Shown here piece after piece: positions 51,475 to 64,000 of a stretch of DNA of 64,000 nucleotides. The DNA is from Mobula hypostoma (lineage: Eukaryota). Each line of letters opens with the position of its first letter. The first letter of the stretch is position 1. The stretch spans positions 10,356,001 through 10,420,000 of the forward strand of contig NC_086109.1 of the NCBI RefSeq assembly GCF_963921235.1. Direction: 5' to 3'. The notes under the pieces were generated by a model that was not told the DNA's origin, ran no database searches, and worked only from the letters and a program-made list of their open reading frames with translations. A program made the position numbers and the translations under genes.

Positions 51475-52644
51475 GTGGATGTGATCTATATGGATTTTAG
51501 TAAGGCATTTGACAAGGTTCCACACGGTAGGCTTATTCAGAAAGTTAGAAGGCATGGGATCCAGGGAAGTTTGGCCAGGTGGATTCAGAATTGGCTTGCC
51601 TGCGGAAGGCAGAGGGTCGTGGTGGAGGGAGTACATTCAGATTGGAGGATTGTGACTAGTGGTGTCCCACAAGGATCTGTTCTGGGACCTCTACTTTTCG
51701 TGATTTTTATTAACGACCTGGATGTGGGGGGTAGAAGGGTGGGTTGGCAAGTTTGCAGACGACACAAAGGTTTGTGGTGTTGTGGATAGTGTAGAGGATT
51801 GTCGAAGATTGCAGAGAGACATTGATAGGATGCAGAAGTGGGCTGAGAAGTGGCAGATGAAGTTCAACCCGGAAAAGTGTGAGGTGGTACACTTTGGAAG
51901 GACAAACTCCAAGGCAGAATACAAAGTAAATGGCAGGATACTTGGTAGTGTGGAGGAGCAGAGGGATCTGGGGGTACATGTCCACAGATCCCTGAAAGTT
52001 GCCTCACGGGTGGATAGGGTATTTAAGAAAGTTTATGCAGTGTTAGCTCTCATAAGTCGAGGGATAGAGTTTAAGCGTCACGATGTAATGTTGCAGCTCT
52101 ATAAAACTCTGGTTAGGGCACACTTGGAGTATTGTGTCCAGTTCTGGTCACCTCACCATAGGAAGGATGTGGAAGCATTGGAAAGGGTACAAAGGAGATT
52201 TACCAGGATGCTTCCTGGTTTTGAAAGTATGCATTATGATCAGAGATTAAGGGAGCTAGGGCTTTACTCCTTGGAGAGAAGGAGGATGAGAGAAGACATG
52301 ATAGAGGTATACAAGATATTAAGAGGAATAGATAGAGTGGATAGCCAGCGCCTGTTCCCCAGGACACCACTGCTCAATACAAGAGGACATGGCTTTAAGG
52401 TAAGGGGTGGGAAGTTCAAGGGGGATATTAGAGGAAGGTTTTTTTTACTCAGAGAGTGGTTGGTGCGTGGAATGCACTGCCTGAGTCAGTGGTGGAGGCA
52501 GATACACTAGTGAAGTTTAAGAGACTACTAGACAGGTATATGGAGGAATTTAAGGTTGGGGCTTATATGGGAGGCAGGGTTTGAGGGTCGGCACAACATT
52601 GTGGGCCGAAGGGCCTGTACTGTGCTGTACTATTCTATGTTCTA
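51475..52644 (+). mobile_element. 5'-truncated CR1-clade LINE (RT domain plus 3'UTR), young
   Basis: [31 protein letters not shown] and QFWSP motifs. Frameshifts in a G-run (~51727) and a T-run (~52440). Tail is ttctatg repeats. Confidence 0.95.
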
Positions 52645-52709
52645 AATATATTTACGTATATTAGAAATTTGTTGTGTAGGTGTAATGTTCAACAATTATA
52701 AAGAATCTT

Positions 52710-53292
52710 GAGGCCCTCTGTTGGCCAGGGCAGACATGCATGTTGCGTCCCAGCTCTCTGCGTGATATGTGAACCAGTACGAGCCAGGGCAGTATGATAT
52801 GGAGAGCAAGCTGTTGCTCGTGTAGCAGGCTTCCCCTCTTCACGTAGCTGATGAGCCCAAAGGAACAGCGGAGGCCGATACAGTTCGGCACCAGCAGCGT
52901 CGCAAGAGTTGCCCGTCAGCATTGAGTTCAGCATTGGACTGCCATAGGGACTACGGCTCCAGATTCTTCTCCAGACTTTACTCCTGAAGCCTTCCCCATG
53001 AGTGGGTATATCCACAAGACAGCCGAGGTTTGAGGTCAGAGTTTTCCCTCTCCTAGGTGAGCTGCCAGCCACAGATGATGAGCCCCATTTGCCCAAAGTG
53101 ACTGGTTTTAAGGTGCCAGTAACCCGCCTTTGCCCCTTCTGTTAGAAGCAACTGTTCTGCTGTGCTTAGTATTTTAGTTACACTTGAAGGCCGGGAGTTG
53201 GACTTGGTTGTCAGAGGCTATTTGAGACACACGCCTTTGGGAGCATTTAATAGGTACCACTACCACCTCCGGCTGTGACAATCTTAAGAAAC
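52710..53292 (-). mobile_element. ~570-bp non-autonomous retroelement (also 1240-1795 -, 2410-2860 +)
   Basis: Three similar non-coding copies. Strand is inferred and the LINE partner is uncertain (Vingi/RTE-like). Confidence 0.6.
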
Positions 53293-55269
53293 CGTAAAGA
53301 ATTATATAAGTATAAAGTTAGAGGTTAAAGTGTGGATATGGAATAAAATGTGCATAAATATCAGCATGTATTTACAATGAGAAGTGGTTTAAAGTGTCTA
53401 TGCTTCAGTGCAGTGATTGGGGTAATCATCTTTTGTAAGTATTGATATTGTTAATTTTAACAATGAGAAAACACAAGAAACAATTCCTTGTTGTTGACGA
53501 TGAGGAAACATCTATGAAAATATTGTGTAATATAGGAGTAATAGAGGTGGGTGGGGCTAACTAGAATAGTTGATCAGATTAACTGCCTGGGGGAAGGAGC
53601 TTTTGAGATGGTATGATTTTATTTTATTTTTTAATTCTAATAGTCCTGTAGAAGTTTCCAGAAGTCCTCTTGAAGGGTCTTGGCCCAAACTGTCGACTGT
53701 TCATTCATTTCCTTAGAAGCTGCCTGACCTGAGTTCCTCCAGCAATTTTATGTGTGTGTTGCTTTGGATTTCGAGTATCTGCATATTTTCTCGTTTTACT
53801 TTCCAGCAAAGTGCTTTTGTAAAAGGTGCTTTGCTGGGTGGGTAGTGTCTGCAATAATTTTTCTTGCCTATTTCTTGATCCTGGTCACATACAAGGCCTG
53901 CAGTGTCGGTAGACTACACACAATGACCGTTTCTCCTAACCGGACAGTTCACTGTAGTTTTCTTGTGCTGTAAGACAACGCTGCACCAAACCAGACAGAT
54001 TCCGCTTACAAAGGATTTATGATTTTGTATCCAATTTGAATGCTTAACATTTGAGCAGAGGTTCCCAGCCTTTTTTATACCACTAACAGAGTGATCCACG
54101 GACCTCAGTTTGGGAGCTGCTGTATTGGAGTTTTAGGGTCAGAAAGGCGGAGGATGGTGGTATCCTCTGAGATTTATTCGCACGCTGCTTCTTCAAACCC
54201 TCACCCTGGCCCCTCTCCCACCGCCACCAGGACACACCTTCTGGGTGGGAGACCTTCGTGACATTTGGTGTTGGGTTACGAGCAAGTGATGAGTGAAACA
54301 TCAGCTGTTGTAGCTGAGGAGCTGCTGTTCGGCTCCTACCTGATTTGGTCTGGCGTGGTGGAGAGGCTTTCAATGGGGTGCAACTCTGTGCAGGGTGGAC
54401 TCTTGCCCGATAATGGTGAGCTCAGAGCATTGGACCGCTTGTGTATCGCTCTAGGTCGTATCTCTAGCTGAATTAACTATTTTCACAGTGTGGTTCCAAT
54501 GAAAGGCCCTGATCGAAATCAAGCACTGTCCATTTCCACACCCCTTCACAGATGCTGCCTGAGCCATTGAGTCCTTTATTTATTAAAGTATGTACTTAAA
54601 GATGTATTGCAGTCTAATGAGCCCACACTGCCCAATTACACCCATGTAACCAATTAACCTACAAACCTGCACAGTTTTGGAATGTGGGAAACTGAAGCAC
54701 CAGGGAGAAACCCACACAATATCTGGATGAATGTACAAAGTCTTTACAGACTGCAGCGGAGTTGAACCCGGGTCGCTGGCGCTGTAATCGCATTACGCCA
54801 GCCACTGCGTTACCGTACCACCTACTAGTTCCTCCAGTATGTCTTCATACTGTGGTGCCTGTCTGTTGTACGATGCACGGTGGTGCAGTGAGTGTTCACA
54901 CGGAAAGGGACTGAAGTGTCCTGCATCCCAAAGATGCGCCAATTGGGAGGTTAATTGTCTGCTGCTGATTACCTCTAGTGTGGAGTCTGAGTGACACTGG
55001 TGGGAATATAGGGAAAATGAGGCATGGGGGGGGTAAAATATGTGGTGCAGTGAGCTAGCACAGAGCTGATGGGCCGAATGGCCTCCTGTTATTTTGGAAG
55101 AAGGGACGAGGACCCAAAATTCTGGCTTCATTGTACAAGTCTGCATTTTACAGCTGTCACCTTATAGATGAGACTTTAAGTGAGATCCCTTTCAGCTTCT
55201 AACTGGACATGGAGTATGTTCTAGTAGTTCTGTCACAAAAAGAGCAGAGTATCCCTGATGTCCTCCCAT

Positions 55270-55997
55270 CAAGTTGACATACTTTGGAAGGTCGAACTTG
55301 AAGACAGTACAAGGTTAATGACAGGATTCTTAAAGGTGTTGAGGAACAGAGGGATCTTGGTGTCCATGTCCATTGATCCCTCAAAGTTGTGTAAGTTGCT
55401 AGGGTGCTTAAGAACGCTTAGAGTGTATTGGCCTTCATTAGTCAGTAGATTGAGTTCATGAGCTGTGAAGTAAATTTAAAACCTGTTTAGACCGCATTTG
55501 GAGAATTGTGTTCAGTTCTGGTTACCTCATAGGAAAGATGTGGAAGCTTTAGGGAGGGTGCAAAGGAGATTCACCTAGATGCTGTCTGGATTAGAGAGTA
55601 TGTCTTATGAGGAAAGCTTGAGCGAGCTAAGATGTTTCTTTTTGGATTGATGGAGGATGAGAGATGACTTGATGGAGACATATAAGATGATAGGCATGAA
55701 TTGAGTGGGCAGTCAACGCCTTCTCCACAGGGTGGAAATGACTAATACAAGCGGACATAATTTGAATGCGATCAGAGGAAAATGTAGTGGGGATGCCAGA
55801 AGTAGGTTGTTTACAAAGACTGGTGGGGGCTTGAATCATTCTCCCAGGGGTTATGGTAGAGGCAGACATGTTACAAGCATTAAGACGGTCTTAGATAAGT
55901 TAGTGGATGAAAGCAAAATTGAGGGCTAGGTGGGAGGAAGGGTTAGATTGATTTTGGAGCAGGGTAGAAGGTTGGTACAAGTTGAAGGGCCTGTAAT
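55270..55997 (+). mobile_element. Decayed CR1 LINE fragment
   Basis: EEQRDLGVHVH and VQFWLPH-like remnants. Confidence 0.8.
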
Positions 55998-56749
55998 GTA
56001 AAACACCCACTGACTGCTGGAGGAACTCAGTGAGTCAGGCAGCGTCTATAGAAAGAAATGAGCTGTTGGTGTTTCTGGGTGAGACCCTTCATTGTGCACA
56101 GGAAGCTCTGGAGGAACTCAGCAGGTCAAACAGCATCTATGGAGGGGAAACGCACAAGATGCCGGAGTTAGTCTGCGTTGCTCTGGATTTCCAGCATCTG
56201 TAGAACCTCATGTTTGGGGCCTGCACTCTTGCGGTACTGTTCTGTTGTTTGTTCAATCATTGATGGAACATGTGATCCATTCCCTCATACATCACAAGGG
56301 TGTAGGTCGATGGGACTTGGCAGAAAGACTGGTCGGCATGAGCTCGATGGCCAAAGGGCCTGTTTCGGTGCTGTAGTGCTCTATGACTGGGTGTCACGGT
56401 AGTGTAGGGGTTAGTGTCACACTACTACAGCACCAGCAACCCGATTTCATTTCCCGCCACTGTCAGTCAGGGGTTTGTGCGTTCTCTCCGTGGCCAAGTG
56501 GGGTTCCTCTGGGAGCTCGGGTTATCTCCCACATTCCGAAGACATACAGGTTAGGGTTCATTGGTTAATGGGTCACATGGGTGTAATTGGGTAGTGTGGA
56601 CCCTTTGGGTTGGAAGTGTTGCTGTATCCGTCTATATAAAAGAACGACTCTCTGCAGGATCTCATCCCGAAGGGTTTACCATCAGCTACCTGATCTGAAT
56701 TCTTCCAACTGCTTATCTTCATAAATTTTCTAGCCGTCGTGGCTATCCC

Positions 56750-57160
56750 TCGCTGGTGTTTAGAAGAATAAGGAGGGATCTCATTGAAGCTTATTGAATA
56801 TTGAAAGGCCGAGATATGGTGGACGTGGAGAGGATGTTTCCTATAGTGGAAGAGTCTAGGACCAGAGGGGATAGCATCAGAAGAGAGGGATGCCCATTTA
56901 GAATAGAGGCAAGGAGGAATTTTCCTCGGCCGGAGAGTGGTTAATTTATAGAATTCATTGCCAAAGATGTTTGTGGAGACCAAGTCATTGGGTATATTTA
57001 AAGCGGAAGTTGATCGGTTCTTGATTAGTAAGGATGTTAAAGGTTACGGGGAGAAGGCAGGAGAATGGGGTTGAAAGGGAAAATAAACAAACCATAATAG
57101 AACAATAGCATTGACTCAATGGGCCAAATGGCCAATTCTGCTCCTACTGTATGCCTTGTG
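56750..57160 (+). mobile_element. CR1 LINE 3' fragment
   Basis: Similar to 5170-5600. Confidence 0.8.
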
Positions 57161-58572
57161 GAAGGGAAAGTTACAAAGTGTTATTAACAGCAAATACCCA
57201 TTGAAGGAAATTTTTATGGGTTTTTTATGAAGTTTATATTATTGACCCGGGTTTTTCTCAAAACAGTTGGAGTCCTGGAACTAAATCGGCTAAACCTGTT
57301 CTGATAGGATCTCAAATACTGTGGGCTGTGTGACTGTGTTGAGAGTTTAAACACCAGAAACATATTGGCCTATTGTTTTATGTAGAACAGCTTTTATCTG
57401 GCTATCAGCTGCAGGTGCCCTTAAGTGGGCTGTTTCATAGTTGTCAGTGGCAGTCCTTGTGGGCATGTATGCAAGCAACTGACTGAAGCACCCATCTAGT
57501 CTTTCCCCGTGGTGACGTTACTGAAAAATCTGTGGCGCTCAACTTCCTCAGCCATGCTTGATTTATTGCTGTCAGTATGAAATGAGATGCACTTGTCTGC
57601 CTTGTACGGACCTTTCTAACAGCTGCCAGAGTAATTGAATTCGAGTTTACCCTTTAAATAGGATGGCTATCTCTGTAAGGCATGTTTTCCAGTGCAAAGT
57701 AGCACACTCAAAATGCTGGGGGATCTCAACAAGTCAGGCAGCACCTACGGAGGCGATTAGGCAGTTGAGGTTTCGGATCGAAACCCTACTTCAGAATTGG
57801 ACTGGTCAACTTCAATCCTGATGAAGGATCTCAGCCCATTATGTCTGCTCTGCCATTAGATCATGGCTGATTTATTACCCCTCTCAATCCTGCTCTCCTG
57901 CCTTCTCCCCGTAACCTTTGATACCCTTACTAATCAAGAACGCAGCGATCTCTGCTTTGAATAAGTCCAGCGACCTGGCCTCCACAGTTGTATATGGCAG
58001 TGAATTCCACAGATTCACCACCCTCTGGCTAAAGAAATTCCTGCCATCTGCAAACTTGCTAGCCACCCTTCCACTTCCTTGCCCAGGTCTTTTATATGTG
58101 CATGCAGGTATAAAAACTTACTTGTGGCTTGAAGCATTGACTGTTTATTCTTGTCCGTAAGTGCTGCCTGCCCTGAGTTCCTCCAGTAGTTTGTGCGTGT
58201 TGCTCAAATTTCCAGCATCTGAAGAATCTCTTGTGGTTATAAGCATGGTGTTTGAATACATGTCCGTTTTCAATCTACTGAAACCCAGAAGATGCTTTTC
58301 TCTGCAGTGGTCAATTGACCAACTGGCGCGTTTCTGGGAGGAGGGAGGAAACTGGAGCACGTGTCCCACATGTCACAGAAAGAGCATGCAAACTTCACAC
58401 AGGAAGTACCGGAGGTCAGGATCCAACCAGATTCCCCAATCTGGGCGATGGCAGCATGACCTGTTCAGGCATTATACTCAATGGTAGATGCTGCCTGCCC
58501 TGCTGACTTCCTCCAGCATTTTGAGTGTGTTATTCTGGATTTCCAGCATCTGCAGAATTTCTGATGATTATT

Positions 58573-59141
58573 GCGTTCGGTGGCCACTTGATTAGGGACA
58601 CCTTGCTTGTGAATGCAAATATCTGAATCAGCCAATCATGTGGCAGCAACTCAATACATAAAGCAAGGTCAGAAAGTTCAGTTGTTGTTCAGACCAAAAC
58701 AGGGAAGAAATGTATCTAAGTGATTTTAGCTGTGGAATAACTGTCGGTGCCAGATGGGGTATCTCAGAAACTGCTGAACTCCTGGGATTAGTAGAACAGG
58801 GGTTCCCAATCTTATTTATGCCGCAGGCTGATATTGTTAAGCAAGGGATCTGTGGACCCGAAGTCGGGAACCCCTGCTCTAGAGTTTTTAAGAGAATGGT
58901 GCGGAGAACAAAAAACACATTCAGTGAGAGGCAGTTCTGTGGGTGAAAATGCCCTGTTAGTAAGAGGGGTCAGAGGAGAATGGCCATACTGGTTCAAGCT
59001 GATGGGAAGGCGACAGTAACCCAAACAACCATGCATTATGACGGTGCTGTGCAGCAGAGAAAACCCTGGGGGGGCTGGGCCACAGCACAGACGACCACGC
59101 CGGGGTCCACTCCTGTGTCTAGTGAAGTGGCCACTGAGTGT
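58573..59141. mobile_element. Tc1-like non-autonomous element (other copies ~22520-22845, 35920-36330, 50500-51005)
   Basis: GTGGCCACTT..TTAGG / TAAAGTGGCCACTGAGTGTA-type TIRs and a shared internal sequence. Confidence 0.8.
58797..58876. mobile_element. hAT-Charlie MITE of ~80 bp (also ~42028-42098, 42481-42555, 47147-47212, 54056-54120)
   Basis: CAGGGGTTCCCAA...GGGAACCCCTG termini; followed by CTCTAGAG, a Charlie-type target site. Confidence 0.75.
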
Positions 59142-60209
59142 ATGCTACCTCTGGAAATTAGTTATACTGTTTAAATTGCATGGATTTGGATATTCATGGA
59201 ATTGCTCGTTTTATTGTTCCATATCCCTATCAAGTGCTTCTTATTCAGTGCGACTGTACCTTCCTCAATTACTTCCGGTGGTAGCTCATTCCCTGCACTT
59301 GCCATCCTTGGCGTTGTCTCTTGGGTCCTTTTTGGTATAAAACCTAGTGGGGAGTGGTTCCTGTACTTCCATTGCCCCTGCCTCCCCCCATCAGGTCTAC
59401 AGAATCCTTGCCTCGATGTCATACATAACCATATAACAATTACAGCATGGAAACAGGCCATCTCGGCCCTTCTAGTCTGTGCCGAACTCTTACTCTCACC
59501 TAGTCCCACCGACCTGCACTCAGCCCATAACTCTCCATTCCTTTCCTGTCCATATAGCTGTCCAATTTAACTTTAAATGACAACATCGAACCTGCCCCAA
59601 CCACTTCTGCTGTCCTCTGAGTCCTTCCGATTTCAATTGCAGTTAAAACCAAACCCATCCTGAGAAACGGTGAGAATGTTTTGGGCCAGTCTCTCCAGCT
59701 TCGTTCAGCAGGTGAAGGAAAGCTTAGCACCTGGATGTTTGAAACATGGAGGAGGGAAGAATTTGGTTGATCGTGGAGGAGATTGAAAGTTCGACACAGT
59801 ATCTTGGGCCAGAGGGCCTGTACTGTGCTGTAAATGTTCGAAGTTCTGCGGTTAGCTCTACAGTGCCAGCGAACACCGATCGGGGTCCAGTTCCCACCGG
59901 CGTCTGTAAGGAATTTGTACGTTTTCCCCGTGACCACGTGGGTTTCTTCCAGGTGCTCTGGTTTCCTCCCACTTTCCAAAGGCATAAAGGTTAGGGTTAG
60001 TAAGTTGTGGGCATGCTACATTAGCACTGGAAGCACTTGCAGGCTGCCCCAGCACGTTCTAGGTTTCTATGTTTTTGAGTCAAATAAAGCTGATCTTTTA
60101 ATCTTTTTAAAATTGCCTCCAAGTTTACTGGGGAATTACCTAATCGCCTCTAGGCTGAGCTAATGTTCACTGTTAACAAAATGCTCACAAACTTCTCTTT
60201 CCCTTGCAG

Positions 60210-60317
60210 CACTGGAATGTTTTTAAAGAGGTTACAGAGGTGTTCATTCTCGTCCCAGCCCTGCTCGGTCTCAAAGGCAATTTGGAAATGACCCTGGCTT
60301 CCAGACTCTCCACTGCG
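60210..60317 (+). CDS. SLC41A1: SLC41A1 second coding exon (108 nt, [36 protein letters not shown])
   Basis: Polypyrimidine tract cttctctttcccttgcag acceptor and GCG|gtgagt donor, phase 0-0. Continues exactly after ...VLDIVQ and contains the MgtE D1 motif PALLGLKGN. Absent from the ORF track. Confidence 0.96.
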
Positions 60318-61409
60318 GTGAGTATTTGATCTTAAGCCATCTGCTGGCATCTTCTTTCAGCCGACTGTATTTTTACTTTCCTGTACGGTTGGCATAATGC
60401 TATTACCGCCTCAACTGTAAGATGGGTCAACTCCTGCCCCTGTCCATTAAGGAGTTTGTGCATCCTCCCCGTGACCACATGGGTTAATTCCAGGGGCTCC
60501 AGTTTGCTCCCGTATTCCAAAAACCATAGTCGTGGAAAAGTATAGCAGAGAAACTGTCCCTTTGGCCCATTTAGTATATGCCAAGCCATTTAAACTACCT
60601 ACTTCCATCAACCTGCACCCAGACCACAACCATTCGTACCCCTTCTATCCATGTACCTATCCTTAAACGTTGAAATCGAGTTTGTGCACATCACAATTCA
60701 TTCCACACTCTTACTCTGAGTGAAGAAGTTTCCCTCAAAAATGTATGGACTAGGGTTAGTAAATTGTGGGCTTGCTGCGTTGGTGCCAGAAGTGTGGTCA
60801 CACTTGCGGGCTGCTTAGCACAACGATTGCTGATGTGATTTGACACAAACGATGCATTCCACTGTATGCTTCAACGTACCTGTGGAAAAATAAAGCTAGT
60901 CTCTTAAGATCTTTATTCTTTCCTTGGAAGTGGTTCTGTTAAATTCCGATCTGCCGTCCACTTTCTGAGGGATGGTCCTATACTTTTGCCAAGTTTGTTG
61001 GTGCAAATGCAGTAAATGGAGACGTTGGTGATACAAGTTTGTGATAAAATCTGCTCAATGCTGCAATCTGTTTCTATTTGTTGTGGCTCGAGTCCTGCCA
61101 GGGCCACGTGGGACTCAACTGTGTCCTTGACTATTTGTTCTCATTTGTCTCGCACCTTTTGTGATCAAAAGTACTGTAGATCAGGTTTTAATTTTGTATA
61201 TTAAAAATGGCAATTGTATTCAGTAGCAGAGCGGTTAGTGCTTCTGCGTCAGAGTCACACGCCTGGCCTTGATCCAGAGTGCTCATGCGGCCTTTGCATG
61301 TTCATCATGTGATTGCATGCATGGATTTTCTTCCTTCCACATGCTGTCATGAAGTTATAAAGCACAGAGACCACTTCTCTGTGCTGACATGCAATACAGT
61401 TTTAGGAAG

Positions 61410-62214
61410 TATGTGGTCTTGCATTCTGGTAGAGGAAACTATTTTTTAAATGGAGAAACTTTTCAAAAATCTGAGATGCAAAAGGGCTTGGGAGCCCCTC
61501 TTGCAGAATTCCCTAAAGGTTCATTTGTGTGTTGAGTTGGTGGTGAGGAAGGCAAATGCAATGTTGGCATTTCATTTTGAGAGGATTAGAATATAAAAGC
61601 AAGGATGTAATGTTAAGGCTTCATACAGCGCTGGTGAGGCCTCATTTGGTGTATTGTGAGCAGTTTTGGGCCCCTTGTCTATGAAAGGATGTGATGATAT
61701 TGGAAAGGATTCGAAAGAGGTTCACGAAAACAACTCCAGGATTGAAAGGCTTATCACGTGAGGAGCTTTTGGTGGTTCTGAGCAGCTACTCGCTGGAATT
61801 CAGGAGAGTGAGGGGAAGGGGGATCTCATTGAAACCTTTTGAATGTTGAAAAGCCTTGATAGAGTGGATGTGTAGAGGATGTTCCCTATGGGGGGGGAGG
61901 TGGAGTCCATGACCTGAGGACACAGCCTCAGAACAGAGGGACGTCCATATAGAATGGAGGTGAGGAGGAATTTCTTTAGCCAGAGGGTGGTGGATCTGTG
62001 AAATTCATTGGCCCAGATGGCTATGGAGGAGGCCAAATTATTGGGTATACTTGAGGCAGATGTTGATAGATTCTTGATTAGTCAGGGCATGAAGGGATAC
62101 GGGGAGAAGGCATGAGACTGGGGCTGTGAGGGAAAATGGATCAGCTGTGATGAAATGGCGGAGCAGACTCAATGGGCCAAATGGCCCAATTCTGCCCCTC
62201 TGGTCTTGTGGTCT
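61410..62214 (+). mobile_element. Decayed CR1 LINE 3' fragment
   Basis: Similar to 10180-10560 and 5170-5600. Confidence 0.85.
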
Positions 62215-64000
62215 GGCCAATTCGCGTCACTGAGCAAGAAGCTGACAGGTGATAGGTGAATTCAGAATTCACCTGTCACCTGCTAACTTGAATAGAATTC
62301 AGATTTATATGCAGAGTAAGTGCAATGCAGGTAGACAACTGAGGTGCAAGGGCCAAGACGTGGGCAGACTGAGAGATCGGTAGCCCACCCTCATCGGATA
62401 TGAGGTATGTTCAAGAGTCTTAGAACAGCAGAATAGAAGCTGTCCTTGAGTCTCTGTATCTTCTGGCCAATGGAAGGGGCAAAAGAGAATGTCTGGGGTG
62501 CTAGCGATCTTTGACTATATTAGCAGCTTTCCTGAGGCAATGAGCAATACAGGCAGAGTCCATGAAGTGGGAGTGTGATTTTCATTACAGGCTGGGCTCG
62601 CTTCACAATTTTCTGTTATACCTTGCAGTCTTGGGGGGCAGTAGTTGCCACTCTAAACTGTGATACAGCTGAACCTGTCGTGCATGTGTTTTTAAAAAAA
62701 ACAGTGAGTGAGGATCCTTAGGGACCTATCAGATTGCTTCTAAAGGCGCGCGCGTGCATAGACACAGACAGACACGAACTCAGCATCTGTGGAAACAAAT
62801 AACCAGTCGACATTTTGGACTGAGACCTCACTTCAAGCCTGGAAGGGAAAGGGGGTGATGTCAGAATGAAGAGGTGATGGTGCAGGAGGATAGCTGGAAA
62901 GTGATGGGTGAAGCCAGGTGGGTGAGAAAGGTGAAGGGCTGGAGAAGGAGGAATCTGATAGGAGAGGAGAGCGGACCACAGGAGAAAGGGAAGGAGGAGG
63001 AGGGGACTCGGGGATGTGATAGGCAGGTGAGAAGAGGTAAGAGTAAGGAATAGAAGAAAAGGGGAGGGGGAGTGATTTTTTTAATATATAAACTAGAAGG
63101 AGAATTGATATTTATCCTCTAAAACAGGTTCTCTTTCTCTGCATTTGAAATGTTAGTAACTAGTAAATATTTTTTTCCAAATCAGCTAGCCTTTCTTTGG
63201 GTAATTATCTTTTTGAACTGAACAAATGTTCCCCAGTGTATTTGTACTAGGAGTTGGCCTGATGAAGTGACTCAGCCCGAAACATGACTGTTTATTCATT
63301 TCCATAGATGCTGCCTGACCTACTGCGTTCCTCCTGTAGTTTGCATGTGTTGCTCTGGATTTCCAGCGTCAGCAGAATGTCTTGTGTTTTAAAACCGTAA
63401 GAGGGGTGAGAGGGTTATGGGACAGGAAATCCTAAATAAAATTAATTTAGCACACTTTTTTTTTGAAAAGTTACTGCTCTGTTGTGAAACATTAAGGAAC
63501 CTCCTTTCAAAGTTTCTAAATCAACCAAGACTTGTGCACATTAACAAGCTGAGTCTCCCTTCTGTTGGATTGTGGCTTCTGTCCGAGGTTCTGCCAAGTC
63601 GAAGGTGGCCAAAATGATTGTGAGTTTTGAAGGCCTGTTTTCTGCTGGTTGCAGTGACACAGTCACATCTGAATGTGCCCTGAATTCCAACGACAAAATT
63701 TCACAGGAGCTCTCTGTACACAGCGAGTGTAAATGTGTGGGAGAGCCATGCGGTCAGCGTGTCCTGCCACAGCTCAGATTGCTGGATTAATTTCCCCAAC
63801 GGTTTCTGTCTGCAAAAATGTGGAACCTTCCCACCTATTGATCTTTCCACTCACTAATCAATAGACTTTTGGCTGGTCAGTGCAGTCGGATTTGCTTAGA
63901 GAGGTAGCATTGAGGTAGAAAATCAGCTGAGTTTACAAATGGCAAAACAGGCTGGGGTGAGACCGAAATAGCCTATTCTTATTGTGAGTATGCAATGCAA

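Noticed and set aside
51475..52510. Intact reverse transcriptase gene or programmed frameshift
   Set aside because: 5'-truncated CR1 copy with no endonuclease or start; the frameshifts fall in homopolymer runs (mutation or sequencing error).
1..64000. CRISPR arrays, rRNA genes or prokaryotic operons
   Set aside because: No regularly spaced repeat-spacer arrays or rRNA-like sequence; the window is intron-rich vertebrate DNA.

Overview
Vertebrate genomic DNA, very rich in repeats. The repeat set (CR1 and Rex/L2 LINEs, V-SINE/HE1-type SINEs, Penelope LTR derivatives) suggests a cartilaginous fish, probably a ray; this is inference. There are two genic components. (1) SLC41A1 (Mg2+ transporter) on the + strand: CpG-island promoter at ~29.95-30.5 kb, first coding exon 31517-31930, and a second coding exon 60210-60317 that the ORF track misses, after a 28.3 kb intron. 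The gene continues beyond the window. (2) Head-to-head on the - strand, a multi-exon gene (about 7.5-26 kb, perhaps reaching ~0.5 kb) that I assembled by hand from splice signals. Its peptides follow, in order, motifs I recall from Maestro HEAT-like repeat (MROH) proteins, but it carries in-frame stops, frameshifts and a GT>AT donor, so it is probably a decaying pseudogene. The rest is nested transposable elements. Notable among them are Penelope-derived fold-back mini-elements with minimal hammerhead ribozyme cores, a tRNA-head/BovB-like-tail SINE, and hAT and Tc1 MITEs. Protein comparisons are from memory and no searches were run. Repeat boundaries are approximate, and only representative copies are listed.
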